Assembly: GCF_006345805.1 (NCBI RefSeq)
Contig: NC_043009.1
Location: 37,820,001-37,884,000, forward strand
Length of the DNA stretch: 64,000 bases
Reading direction: 5' to 3'
From: Octopus sinensis
Taxonomy: Eukaryota
A model generated the notes under the pieces. That model was given only the letters and a program-made list of their open reading frames with translations. It was not told where the DNA came from and made no database searches. Below are positions 12,809-23,360 of the stretch, piece after piece (position 1 is the stretch's first letter; each line of letters starts with the position of its first letter). Both the position numbers and the translations under genes were made by a program.

Positions 12809-14689
12809 CTAAACAAGAAGACGAGATTGAATCACGTTAATAAACAGAAGTGGGTGAATGGGTGAAGGAGTTGTTTGATCTTTTTGTTGGTAAAGATCAG
12901 GAATTATATAATTTACTGTTGCTTCATCAATCAACTACATAAGAGAAATACAATGCTGAAACATGAAAGGTGGTGGTGGTGGTGGTGTTGATGGTGGGGC
13001 TGCTAGTGATATTGGTGTAAATTTTTGTTTGTTTATTTATTCATTTATTTCTTCGATTAGCAATGCAATAATCAATACGTTTGATTCTAAATAAAACTAG
13101 AAATAGGTATTAGAAGAGATGATGATGATTTTTTAAAATTTTATTTTTATAATCTTAATAATAATAATAATAATAATAATAGTATTTTATAATTTTTTTA
13201 TAATCTTAATAATAATAATAATAATAATAATGATGATGAGAAGAAGAAGAAGAGTTAAACAACAACAGCATTATATGTCAACAAAACAATATTGAAAAGT
13301 TCCTGAATGTTGCCATTGAAACAAATTACTGAAGAATTTTTAAAAGATAATCTTACCACCCTACCCACCCCTACCACCCACACATTACCATCTGAGCTCA
13401 ATTGATTTCGTTAATATCTGTTCTGAAATGTTTGAGTTTAGTGAGTGGAAAAGCTTTATGAAATCTGTTCTACTTAATAAACTGAAGCTATAACAGCAGC
13501 AAATCGTTATCGAGGACGACTCTAAGTCAATGTGGCAGAGAGTACATAGTGGCTGCACATACAGAAGAAGGAGATTGCAGAGTATCATCATCTTCATCAC
13601 CATCGTTTCAGGCCCGTTTTCCATTTTGGTATAAGTTGGATGAGTCATTATGGTCTAAGCCGGTACTTAGGCAAAGAGTTACTATAGCCCACCTAGACAG
13701 ATTAAAGGATCAAGTGTCACTCATACTTCTTATTTCTGCTATGGCTTCTATGGACTGATGTTATTCCTAATTCTAAGAATTAACATCATCCTTCAATGTT
13801 AGTTTTCCATGATGGGTAAGGGTGATTAGGTGATGGTTTAGGGCTTAGGGGTGGGAGACCCCAGACCTTGGAAAAAAAAAAAAAAAATTTGGTCGTCTTG
13901 TTGTAGTCGAGGGCTCTTCATTGATGCCCGACACCACTGGGAGATGGCCCTCGAAGTAGCTGGAAATGGAGATCTCAAGGTCCAAATTCTTGAACGGCAG
14001 TCTTCCATGCTGGCCATGTCCATAAGGAAAGGCAAAAGAGGTCTGTGGACTATGGTGTCTTTCCTCATTCATAAAGCACTTTACAGAATGTAGAAGGTAT
14101 CGTCTACTAAGGATCTACCACTAGACAGTCGTCATGTCCTCAAGACAGGGCAACAGTGTTCTCTTAACAATACACTGTGTCTGCTTAGTCATCACCAGAA
14201 TGTACTAGGTCACTTTTATCATGGCAGTACCACTACAAAAGTTGTCTTGTCTTCAACAAAACAAAACAAAAGTGTCCTCTGGATCCTATGCTGCTCTTGC
14301 TCATTCATCGCCATCTTGAAAACCACGGTGCTACCACTAAAAAGGTTGTCTTATCTTTGACAAGATAAGATTAAAGAGTCCTCCTGGATCTACAATGTAT
14401 GTGAAAAAACTGGTACAGATGAGACGGTTTCCATAAGAACAGGTTCTGGATACTTTTTGACTGCTAATTACTCAACCAAAAAGTAACGGTTGAAAGTCGT
14501 TTCATATCAATTAGCTAAATTAGAGCAAAAATAATTACATGCTCTGCTCATTGATGCACACAACACAATGGCTATATTAATAAGAGTTGAACTGGTGACC
14601 ATGTAATCAATACTGCAGTACCTGAATCTCACCACACATAATTATAAGGTACATGTATAATGTGTGCATCTCTGTTCATAAGTTACACA

Positions 14690-14930
14690 GACAGATTTCT
14701 TCTTCTTGTGAGCCAACTGAGATATGTTTCACAATGCTGCACCTGATATCTCTGTCCCCCTTTGGCTTTGATATATCCTGAATTTCATGCATATTTCTGT
14801 CAATAATATCAATATAGTTGAAGGAGCTTTGTCCTCTGTTAGGATGTGGAAGACTCCAAAATATCACATCTCATATGGCCTGTTGGTGAACTTAATAGCA
14901 GTGGCCAGTAAGGCCCTACCCTACATTGAA
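14690..14930 (-). mobile_element. Decayed RTE LINE 3' fragment
   Basis: GHCY..VIFWSLPHPNRGQSSFNYID..DRDIRCSIV, colinear with the fragment at 2770-3005. Confidence 0.6.
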
Positions 14931-15164
14931 CAACAATGACAGATAGACAAATTATGACACTTTCTTATTCAACAAAGCTAAAATAAATGAATTATTTTAA
15001 CTTCTCATCTCCTAGCATAAAACTGTTGCCCTCTTAATTGTAACCTCATTCAGTTGAAGGGGATCTGAGTCACATGAGCAGCATGGTAACCTCACTATTG
15101 ATGGCTCCATGAAAATAAAAAAAAAAGCAACCACTATATTTTGTAAAGTGGAAAAAAGCATCCA

Positions 15165-15395
15165 TTTCTTTATTACCCACAAGGAGCTAAACATAGAGGG
15201 GACAAACAAGGACGGACAAACGGATTAAGTCGATTACATCGACCCCAGTGCGTAACTGGTACTTAATTTGTCGACCCCGAAAGGATGAAAGGCAAAGTGG
15301 ACCTGGGCGGAATTTGAACTCAGAACGTAACGGCAGACGGAATACGGCTACGCATTTCGCCCGCTGTGCTAACGATTCTGCCAGCTCGCCGCCTT
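15165..15395 (-). mobile_element. Young tRNA-headed SINE (family A; Meta/MESC-like central domain) with 16-bp TSD, inserted in an RTE-tail repeat
   Basis: TSD tggaaaaaagcatcca at 15149-15164 and 15396-15411; head ggcggcgagctggcagaatcgtt, B box gagttcaaattcc, domain gcctttcatcctttcggggtcga. Confidence 0.9.
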
Positions 15396-15619
15396 TGGAA
15401 AAAAGCATCCACTACTCTTTGGCGTTAGGAAGAGCATCCAGCTGTAGAAACCATGCCATAGCAGACACTGGAACTGGATGCAGTCATTATCCTATCAAAG
15501 CACCAAAATAATGTCAACAGGAAAGATGGACATTAAAAGAAATTGATAATGACGAAGATGATAATTTCTAACTTAAAAAAAAAAAGGTTAAGAAACAGCA
15601 AACTTTAAGCAATACTCAC

Positions 15620-16080
15620 CGGACCATACCATTGAGGCCTATGTCAAGATCTGTAGCGGTGACCCGCAATAAAATCGTACCAACAGGCTTGCTTTCACTT
15701 ATGTTCGCTTGATATTGCTTTGGGAAGAACACTGGATTGTTATCATTTTCGTCTTTTACATGGACAACAATGTCAATTGTGGACGATAACATCGGTGTCC
15801 CTCCATCTGTTGCTTTGATAGTCAAATAGTAAGTATCTCGAGACTCTCTGTCCAAAGATGACATCAATCTTAAGCTTCCGTCGTCTGGTCTAATAGAGAA
15901 TGGACCAGTAGAAGCAGTGATGGAGTATCTGATGTCTTGATTGGGCCCATCATCATCATCGTCTATTGCTTTAATGTTGTACACAATAGTATTAATTGGA
16001 GCGTTTTCTTCAACCCATATTTCAGTTGGCGACGTAAATCTTGGGGCGCAGTCATTTACATCAGATACTATAATTGTCAC
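15620..16080 (-). CDS. FAT4: FAT4-like exon E (461 nt, phase 0 to 2): VTIIVSDVNDCAPRF...DLDIGLNGMV(R)
   Basis: tttcag acceptor, CG|GTGAGT donor; open frame with LDRE and DENDN motifs. Confidence 0.95.
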
Positions 16081-16625
16081 CTGAAATAGGCAAAAAATAG
16101 AAACCAAGGGACATTATTAAGGCTCTGAAACTGAAACAATCTGGTAAAATTATTTACTTGGTCCCTAAATGTAGGTGCAGGTATGGCTGTGTGGTTAGAG
16201 AGTTTATTTCCCTACCATGTAAAGTAAAGTTACCTTCTCGAGTCATGCTGACTCATAAGGGTTGGTTTCCTGGTCTCATGGTATATATATTCCCCACCTG
16301 GATGGGACGCCAGTCCCTCACAGGATTACTCATTTTTGCCAGCTGAGTGGACTGGAGCAACGTGAAATGAAGTGTTTTGCTCAAGAACACAATGCATCAC
16401 CCGGTCCAGGAATTGAAACCACAATCTTATGATCATGAGTCCTAAATACTAAGTCATGCGCCTACCAAGTGGTTTTGCATGGCTCTTTGGGCAAGTACAT
16501 TCTACTATAATGCTGGGCCAACTGAAGTCTTGTGAGTGGATTTCATAGAAGGAAACTGAAAGAAAAATCGCGTGTATGTGCATGAGTGTGAGAGTGCATT
16601 GTGTATGTGTGTCCATTTGTTTGCA

Positions 16626-16779
16626 GGAGTGGCTGTGCGGTAAGTAGCTTGGTTACCAACCACATAGTTCCGGGTTCATTCCCACTGTGCGGCACCTTTG
16701 GCAAGTGTCTTCTACTATAGCCTCTGGCCGACCAGAGCCTTGTGAGTGGATTTGGTAGACGGAAACTGAAAGAAGCCTG

Positions 16780-16835
<56 letters not shown>

Positions 16836-17011
16836 CTATGTTTGTGCGTCTGTGTTTGTCTCTCCAACATCCCATAACTTAGCAGTTTGGCAAAAGAGAC
16901 TGATAAAATAAGTACTAGGCTTACAAAGAATAAGCCCTGGGGTCGATTTGCTTGACTAAAGGCGGTGCTTCAGCATGGCCGCAGTCAAATGACTGAAACA
17001 AGTAAAAGAGA
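16626..17011 (+). mobile_element. Full-length tRNA-headed SINE family B (internal AT/GT microsatellite)
   Basis: Head ggagtggctgtg.ggtaagtagcttg, ggcacctt.ggcaagtgtctt, tail gactgaaacaagtaaaagag. Confidence 0.9.
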
Positions 17012-17129
17012 AAAAAAAGAGAATCTATTGATGATTTACTTTACCAATGTCTTGAATAGAACCAATATTCTGTAGACTGTAGAATTTCAATACCCGTTAA
17101 AAAAAATAAGGCCAGTTTGGTAACATCAA

Positions 17130-17414
17130 ATAAGGATTAACTGATCGATTGCAATAATATAAGGATTAGGAGTATCTATTGCGGTAACAGGGATTAGTGT
17201 ATTTATTGCAGTAATAGTTAAGGAATAAGATGGATATTGGTCATGTTCTTAAGAATGGTTGATTTGTAGGAATCATCTGAGTTTGAAAAAAAATCAATCA
17301 AAAATAAGATCTTTGCTTTCCAGCTGTTGTTTTGTTTATCAATTTTATTATTGGAGAAAATATAATGGTAATCTTCATATTAATATTCTTGTAATATGGA
17401 ATGTATTGAAGTCA
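17130..17414 (-). pseudogene. Decayed duplicate (pseudo-exon) of FAT4 exon D with part of its upstream intron
   Basis: 17186-17239 aligns without gaps to 19106-19159 at 46/54 nt (QYPSYSLTITAINTLIPV versus QYPSYSLTITAMDTVFPV); weaker colinear homology to about 17352 with frameshifts; acceptor AG region deleted. Confidence 0.85.
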
Positions 17415-17641
17415 CCAGGGCAATGGTTGGGTGATAAAATACAGAATCTTAGGAATAGTCTACCATTAAATCTTATTTTCTTTTGATTTAGAAATTCCTG
17501 TGTTATTTTTCAGAAAGCATCAAGTCTGGCATGGTGAATGAAATGAAGGAAGTAAACAAGTTCCATTTTGCAGAAGATTTAAGAATTGCTATAAATTCAT
17601 ACTTTATACTTTTCTTAGATTAGATGAGAGAGAGAGAGAGA

Positions 17642-17692
<51 letters not shown>

Positions 17693-18131
17693 TTTAATTT
17701 CTAGCTTATCAATGAAAAATTTTAAATACCAAATACTTTCGTTTTTACTCAGTGTGATCAGAGTTGTAGATATGGCTGTATAGTTTGCTTCATAACCATA
17801 TGGCTTCAGGTTCAATCTCACTGCATGGTGCATGATGCTAGTAGATTCTATTTTGACCTGAGAGCAACTGCAACGACTTGTAAATGGAGTCAATAAACAA
17901 AAACCACGAAGAAGCCTGTGGCACACACACACAGATAGGTATAATATATCTAGGCAGGTACTGTTCAAGCACTCAATTATAATCAAAGTTATGGCTAACT
18001 GCATTGAGTGGTAAGGAGCACCTAGGATTATTTGAGGTAAGCAATCCCAATGGATTTCATCCAGTGGATAAATAATGGGTTTGCTTCACTGGATCATAAA
18101 AGTTGACCAAGTGTACATCCAAGGTAAAAGC

Positions 18132-18229
18132 ACAAAAGCTCGCACGATCTTGATTTTTTGTATGAATACAGACTGCGAAAGCGTGGCCCATTGATCCTTT
18201 CCGAATAGCGGCGAGCTATGCATCCGCCG

Positions 18230-18260
<31 letters not shown>

Positions 18261-18423
18261 ACTGGCTTGTGGTGGTCAAGTGTTAGCAGCGACGTCGCTT
18301 TTTGATCCTTCAATGCCGGCGCTTCCTATCATTGCGAAGCAGAATTCACAAAGCATTGGATTGTTCACCTGCTAACAGGGAACGTGAGCTGGGATTAGAC
18401 CTATTAGTTTTATCCTAACGATG
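18132..18423 (+). pseudogene. 28S rRNA fragment (3' domain V, peptidyl-transferase region), non-functional
   Basis: Universal LSU motifs gaggtgtcagaaaagttaccacagggat, gacgtcgctttttgatcc, ggattgttcacc and agggaacgtgagctggg; a 1-nt insertion (gggataaactgg) and loss of the conserved gtcgtgagacag block. Confidence 0.92.
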
Positions 18424-18789
18424 AATATGGAGATTAATATATCTGCATATTTAACTAAAATTTAAATAAAAAAATTATGCAGATGTATTCATTGTAACTA
18501 GCATATATATATATATATATATATGAAGCTGAATGACCAAAGGCACCTGTTGTAGAGAATCAAGTCTACAAAACTATCATATTTTGGGCTTTTAATACAC
18601 CATGAGCCATTGCCTAAGACCATCTTGACAGGAAGTGTGGACGGTAAAGACAGCAAAGATGTTTGTGAACTGACATCAGAGAATGGACTGGAAGCAAGAG
18701 TTTATTGTATACATGCACTACAACACACAAGGAACTTAAAAAACTTGGCAAGTTGAGCCTTGAATTCAGAGAGGGCACCTAATTGATGG

Positions 18790-18823
<34 letters not shown>

Positions 18824-19078
18824 GTGTGTGTGTGTCGGTATCTCACCACTTGACAAACAGCTTTGGTTTGTTTATGTATCCACAAAATAGCAGTTCAGCA
18901 AGAAAATTGGGGACTGATAAAATAAGAACCACAACTAAACCCCTAAAGGCAGTGTCCCAGTATAGTCAAAGTCCAATGACTAAAACATGCCAAAGAGAAT
19001 TAAAAGAATGAATCAAATATATTCATATTAGATATCACATTTCTTTTCATACAAATGAAGAATAAAAATCAAACTCAC

Positions 19079-19269
19079 CTGAGCAAGGGCAGAGTGGCGC
19101 TGCCAAACAGGAAATACTGTATCCATGGCAGTAATAGTCAAAGAATAAGATGGATATTGTTCACGGTCCAAAGTATGGTTTACCAAAATTATACCAGTCT
19201 GGGGATCAATAATAAAATGAGCATCCTGGTTCCCACCTGTGATTTTGTAGATCAATTTACTATTGATTC
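19079..19269 (-). CDS. FAT4: FAT4-like exon D (191 nt, phase 1 to 0): INSKLIYKITGGNQDAHF...LDREQYPSYSLTITAMDTVFPVWQRHSALAQ
   Basis: tttag acceptor, CAG|GTGAGT donor; G|GA split codon with exon C. Confidence 0.94.
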
Positions 19270-22200
19270 CTAAAATAGAGAAGAATAAAAGAAATGGTAA
19301 TCGTTAATTCAATTTACCGAAAACAAATAGTACATAATTTTAATTGAAGTCACATGATTCAATTAGTAAACCCCCAGAACAGACACCAACATTTTCATAA
19401 TCTATGCAATGAGAAAAATTATATTAAAACTTGTAGCATTTAAACTGGCTACATCCAGTCAAAATAGCCTACCCGTTTTATATGTTCAAACTGGCCAAAT
19501 CCAGCTGCTCACATCTTCCCTACAATGCCATTTTAAAAATAACCAATCATGCAGCTGAAATCTCAAAGCTGTATGATTAGTTCAAAACAATGTGAATAAA
19601 TAAGAATTATATTTGACAGAATGTCTAAAGGACCCAGTACTTATAATTTTTTTTTTTAAATCAGGAAAGAATGCAGTACCCACAACACTTCAGAGGGTCT
19701 CCAAGACTGACAGGAAGGAGAGAAGAAGGAAGTTAATCTCAAACTGGAAACCAGGTTTGAATGCTTGCAACAGAGTATGTGTGTGTATCGCTCTCCCTCT
19801 CTCTCTCTCTTAACCCTTTTTTTACCAACCTGGCTGAAACCGGCTCTGGCTCTGAGTACAAATGTCTTGTTTTCATGTTTTGAATTAAAATCTTCCATTA
19901 AACCTTAGTCACAATTTATGTTCCTAACACTAGCTCAATGATAACTAAGTTATTTTACTAAATTCTTTGTTATATTTAAAGTAATTGAAAGAAACACAGA
20001 TCATCTCAAAATAAATACGGTAATGAAAGAGTTAAGTAGGAATGAGCTGACTGGGTGCAGTTGTTCAGAAGCTGGCATTTTGACTGGACATTCAGCCTGT
20101 TTTGGGGACAATACTTTTTAGTACTGGAGGCAAACAAACCTATACACACACAGGCATGCACGTGCAAAAGTATGGTGGTGTGGGGGTGGAGGCAGGGGGG
20201 GGGGAGAGAAGAAGGGAGCAACATTAAAACATCAAATGTCAAATAAGTCAACATTCAATCAGTAATGCCAAAATACTCCTCTAAAATTGCTTAAACTACC
20301 TGGTGCTGGTAATGTTAAATCAGGTGACGGATGGAATAAGTCTACCAACCAAGTAGGCCACGGTGGGATTGAACCTGAAATCATGTGAATGGGAAGCAAA
20401 CTTCTTAACCACACAGCCATACCTGCACCAATGTGAAAATGGCTTGTACATACATATTTTATTAATAAGACTGAAATTTGCTTCCACATAGAAAATTCAA
20501 CATTCATATGAAAGTTAATTCTAGACAGTCTGAACAGGAAATAAGATTATAATGTTTTGTTGATTGCAGGCAGGTACAGCCAACACTCACAAGTGAATAT
20601 GACCTGGTGGCTTGCAACATGGTTATGATAATTGTTTTAGGTGCCTGTGTAGTTGCAAGAAGAAACGGATGCCAACACTGCCACTGCTGCCATCACCACC
20701 ATCACCACCACCCCCTTTATTCATGCCATCCTTGAGTAAGTGCATCAGTGCTTCATCTATGATATGGCAACTGCAAAGGGGAGATGGCTCCACCAATACT
20801 CAGCTGGTATACATACAAGAGTAGACCCCCTTCGGTCATGAACAACTATGGGATTGCACTTAGAAAGTTACCCTCCCATGTACAAGTCCGGGCAAGGTTG
20901 TTTATGGAAGGCCAGCAGTCGCCCATGCATACCAGCTTCCCCTCTCCATGCCCCTGATGTTATCCAAGGGACAGGCAAAGGCTGATACAACTCGGCACCA
21001 ATCACTTTGCAAGTCATTTCTACAGCTGAGTGAACTGGAGCAACATGAAATAAAGTGTCTTGCTCAAGAACACGAGAGCCCAGTCCAGGGACTGAACTCA
21101 TTACCTCATGAATGTTTCATCTAAGTAGACTGGAGCAACATGAACTGAAGTGTCTTGTTCAATGATACAATGCACTGCTTGGACCAAGAATGGAACCAGC
21201 AACATTATGGTCACAAACCCAACACCCTAACCACTAAGCCATTCTCTTTCACTTGCAGAATATATTTGATAATATTACTTATAATCATAACTAACGAAAA
21301 CATAAGGCCAGAAATTTGGGGAGGGGCATTAGTTAGTGAAATCACCCCTAGTACCTGTCTGGAAGTTAATTTTACAGACCCAGAAAAGAAGGAGAAGTAA
21401 CCTCAGTAGGATTTGAACTTAGAACATTAAAAAATGGGAACAAATTCAGCAATGCATCTTGTCTTAAGTCCTGACAATTGTGTCAATCTACTGCATTAAT
21501 TTCTTTAATAATGATGGCTTCTTTTAATTCAGAAATTGTTACTGCTTCAGTGAAGGTATATGGCTCAGTGGTAGAACGTCAGACCCGCAATCATGAGGTA
21601 GTGAGTTCGATTCCTGGACTGGGCTGTGTGTTGTGTTCTTGAGCAAGATACTTTATTTCATGTTGCTGTAGGAAATGAGTTGCGACATCACTGGTGCCAA
21701 GCTGTATTGGCCTAAGCCTTTCTCTTGGATAATAGTGGTGGCGTGGAGAAGGGAGTCTGCTGGTCTTCTATAAACAACCTTGCCTGCACTTGTGCCTTGG
21801 AGTGTAACCTTTTAGGTGCAATCTCAAGGTCTTTACCCTTTACTCTGCTACTGTTTCATTCTATACCAACTCTGATTGGAAAAGGATTCCAGCCTTGACC
21901 ATCACAATTGTTTTCAAGAATATTTAAGACTATTTAAGCTACCTGTTCACTGTGTTTATTATTCTAGAGTGTAATTGGAGGGAAATTTGGCTGCTATTTC
22001 TCGTATATTGAATAATTGCATAGAGGTGTTTTTATTCCCATTGTGGTATTGAACCCATGTGGTATTGAATTCAGTCCCACTGTGTGGCATCTTGAGCAAG
22101 TGTCTTCTTACTGTAGCTGGAGACTAACTCAAGGAGATGCAAAAGAATGGAAATGCAAGAATCATGAAACACATTTATCTTGAGAGAGAGAGAGAGAGAG

Positions 22201-23319
22201 AGGAGGGGAGAAAGGAGAGAGTTGGTATTTTCTTCTGACAAATTGAAATTACTCATTCTGATTGAAATTCTTAAATTTGTGACAAACAACAAAAAAAAAA
22301 AAAATAAAAAAAAAAAAATAAAGAAGAGATGAAGAAGAAGCAATATTAATATCAGATGTTGGCATACAATTGCCAGAACTCAAAACATTTGTATTGAACG
22401 AAATCATCGCGATTGTATTGAGAATGTAATATTGATCTTGCACTCGACCACATCCGCAGAAATGGTTCTACATGTTACAAAGTGACTTCCACACAATTTA
22501 ATATCATCACCAGATGCTGTGTTATCTTTGAAGCGATGTTAGTATTAAAATTTGAAGGAATTATTTCTTTGCAATGCTTTAGTGCAAAAGAAAATTAGTT
22601 TATCAGTAAATATAGAATTAGCAGTTTTTGTTATCAACGAAACTTTCCGTTTTCTTATTTGCAGTGAAAGAAGCACTGCAACTCTCTGTTAAAATTTATG
22701 AAATTTTTAATCCGGTAAATGACACGCTTTCAAATTATTACAGAATCCGAATGTCATTTTACTTTATGGGAATCTGTCAAAGTTGTTTGTATAATTTTAC
22801 GAAATAAAAACATAAGCAAACATTTAGTTGCCTTTTGTAAGTCAGCAACAGATAATTGCTCGTCATGGCCACAACAAAAGCTGTTGAAAAACACATCTGT
22901 CTTCAAATTGGTCTTATTATTGCAGATGTTATAATACCCAGTGAGGAATAATGCTAGACAGCCAGATGTTGTCTGACACAAACGCAAATAATAACAACAA
23001 TAGCGATAATAATAATAATAATCATTGTTATTTTGTTTTTGGAGAATGCTGGAAATGAATGACTATTTAATAGCTGTACAATGTCACGACAAAGAAACAC
23101 ACCCACTTACACACACACATATACAAACAAACATATGCACACACACACACACAATGGGCTTCTTTCAGTTTCTATTTAACAAATCCACTCACAAAGCTTT
23201 GGTAAACTCAGAGCTATGGCAGAAAACACTTATGAGGTGACACATAGTGGGACTGAACCCGAAATCATGTGGTTTAGAAGGATACTTGTTAACCTCACAA
23301 CCATGCCTGCATCTAAGGC

Positions 23320-23349
<30 letters not shown>

Positions 23350-23360
<11 letters not shown>

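Noticed and set aside
13813-13854. Interstitial telomere
   Set aside because: Only two TTAGGG-like words in a G-rich patch; not an array.
16626-16700. tRNA-like sequences at SINE heads (also 21555-21625, 30160-30230 and 62761-62830)
   Set aside because: They continue directly into SINE bodies and lack a proper acceptor stem, so they are not tRNA genes.
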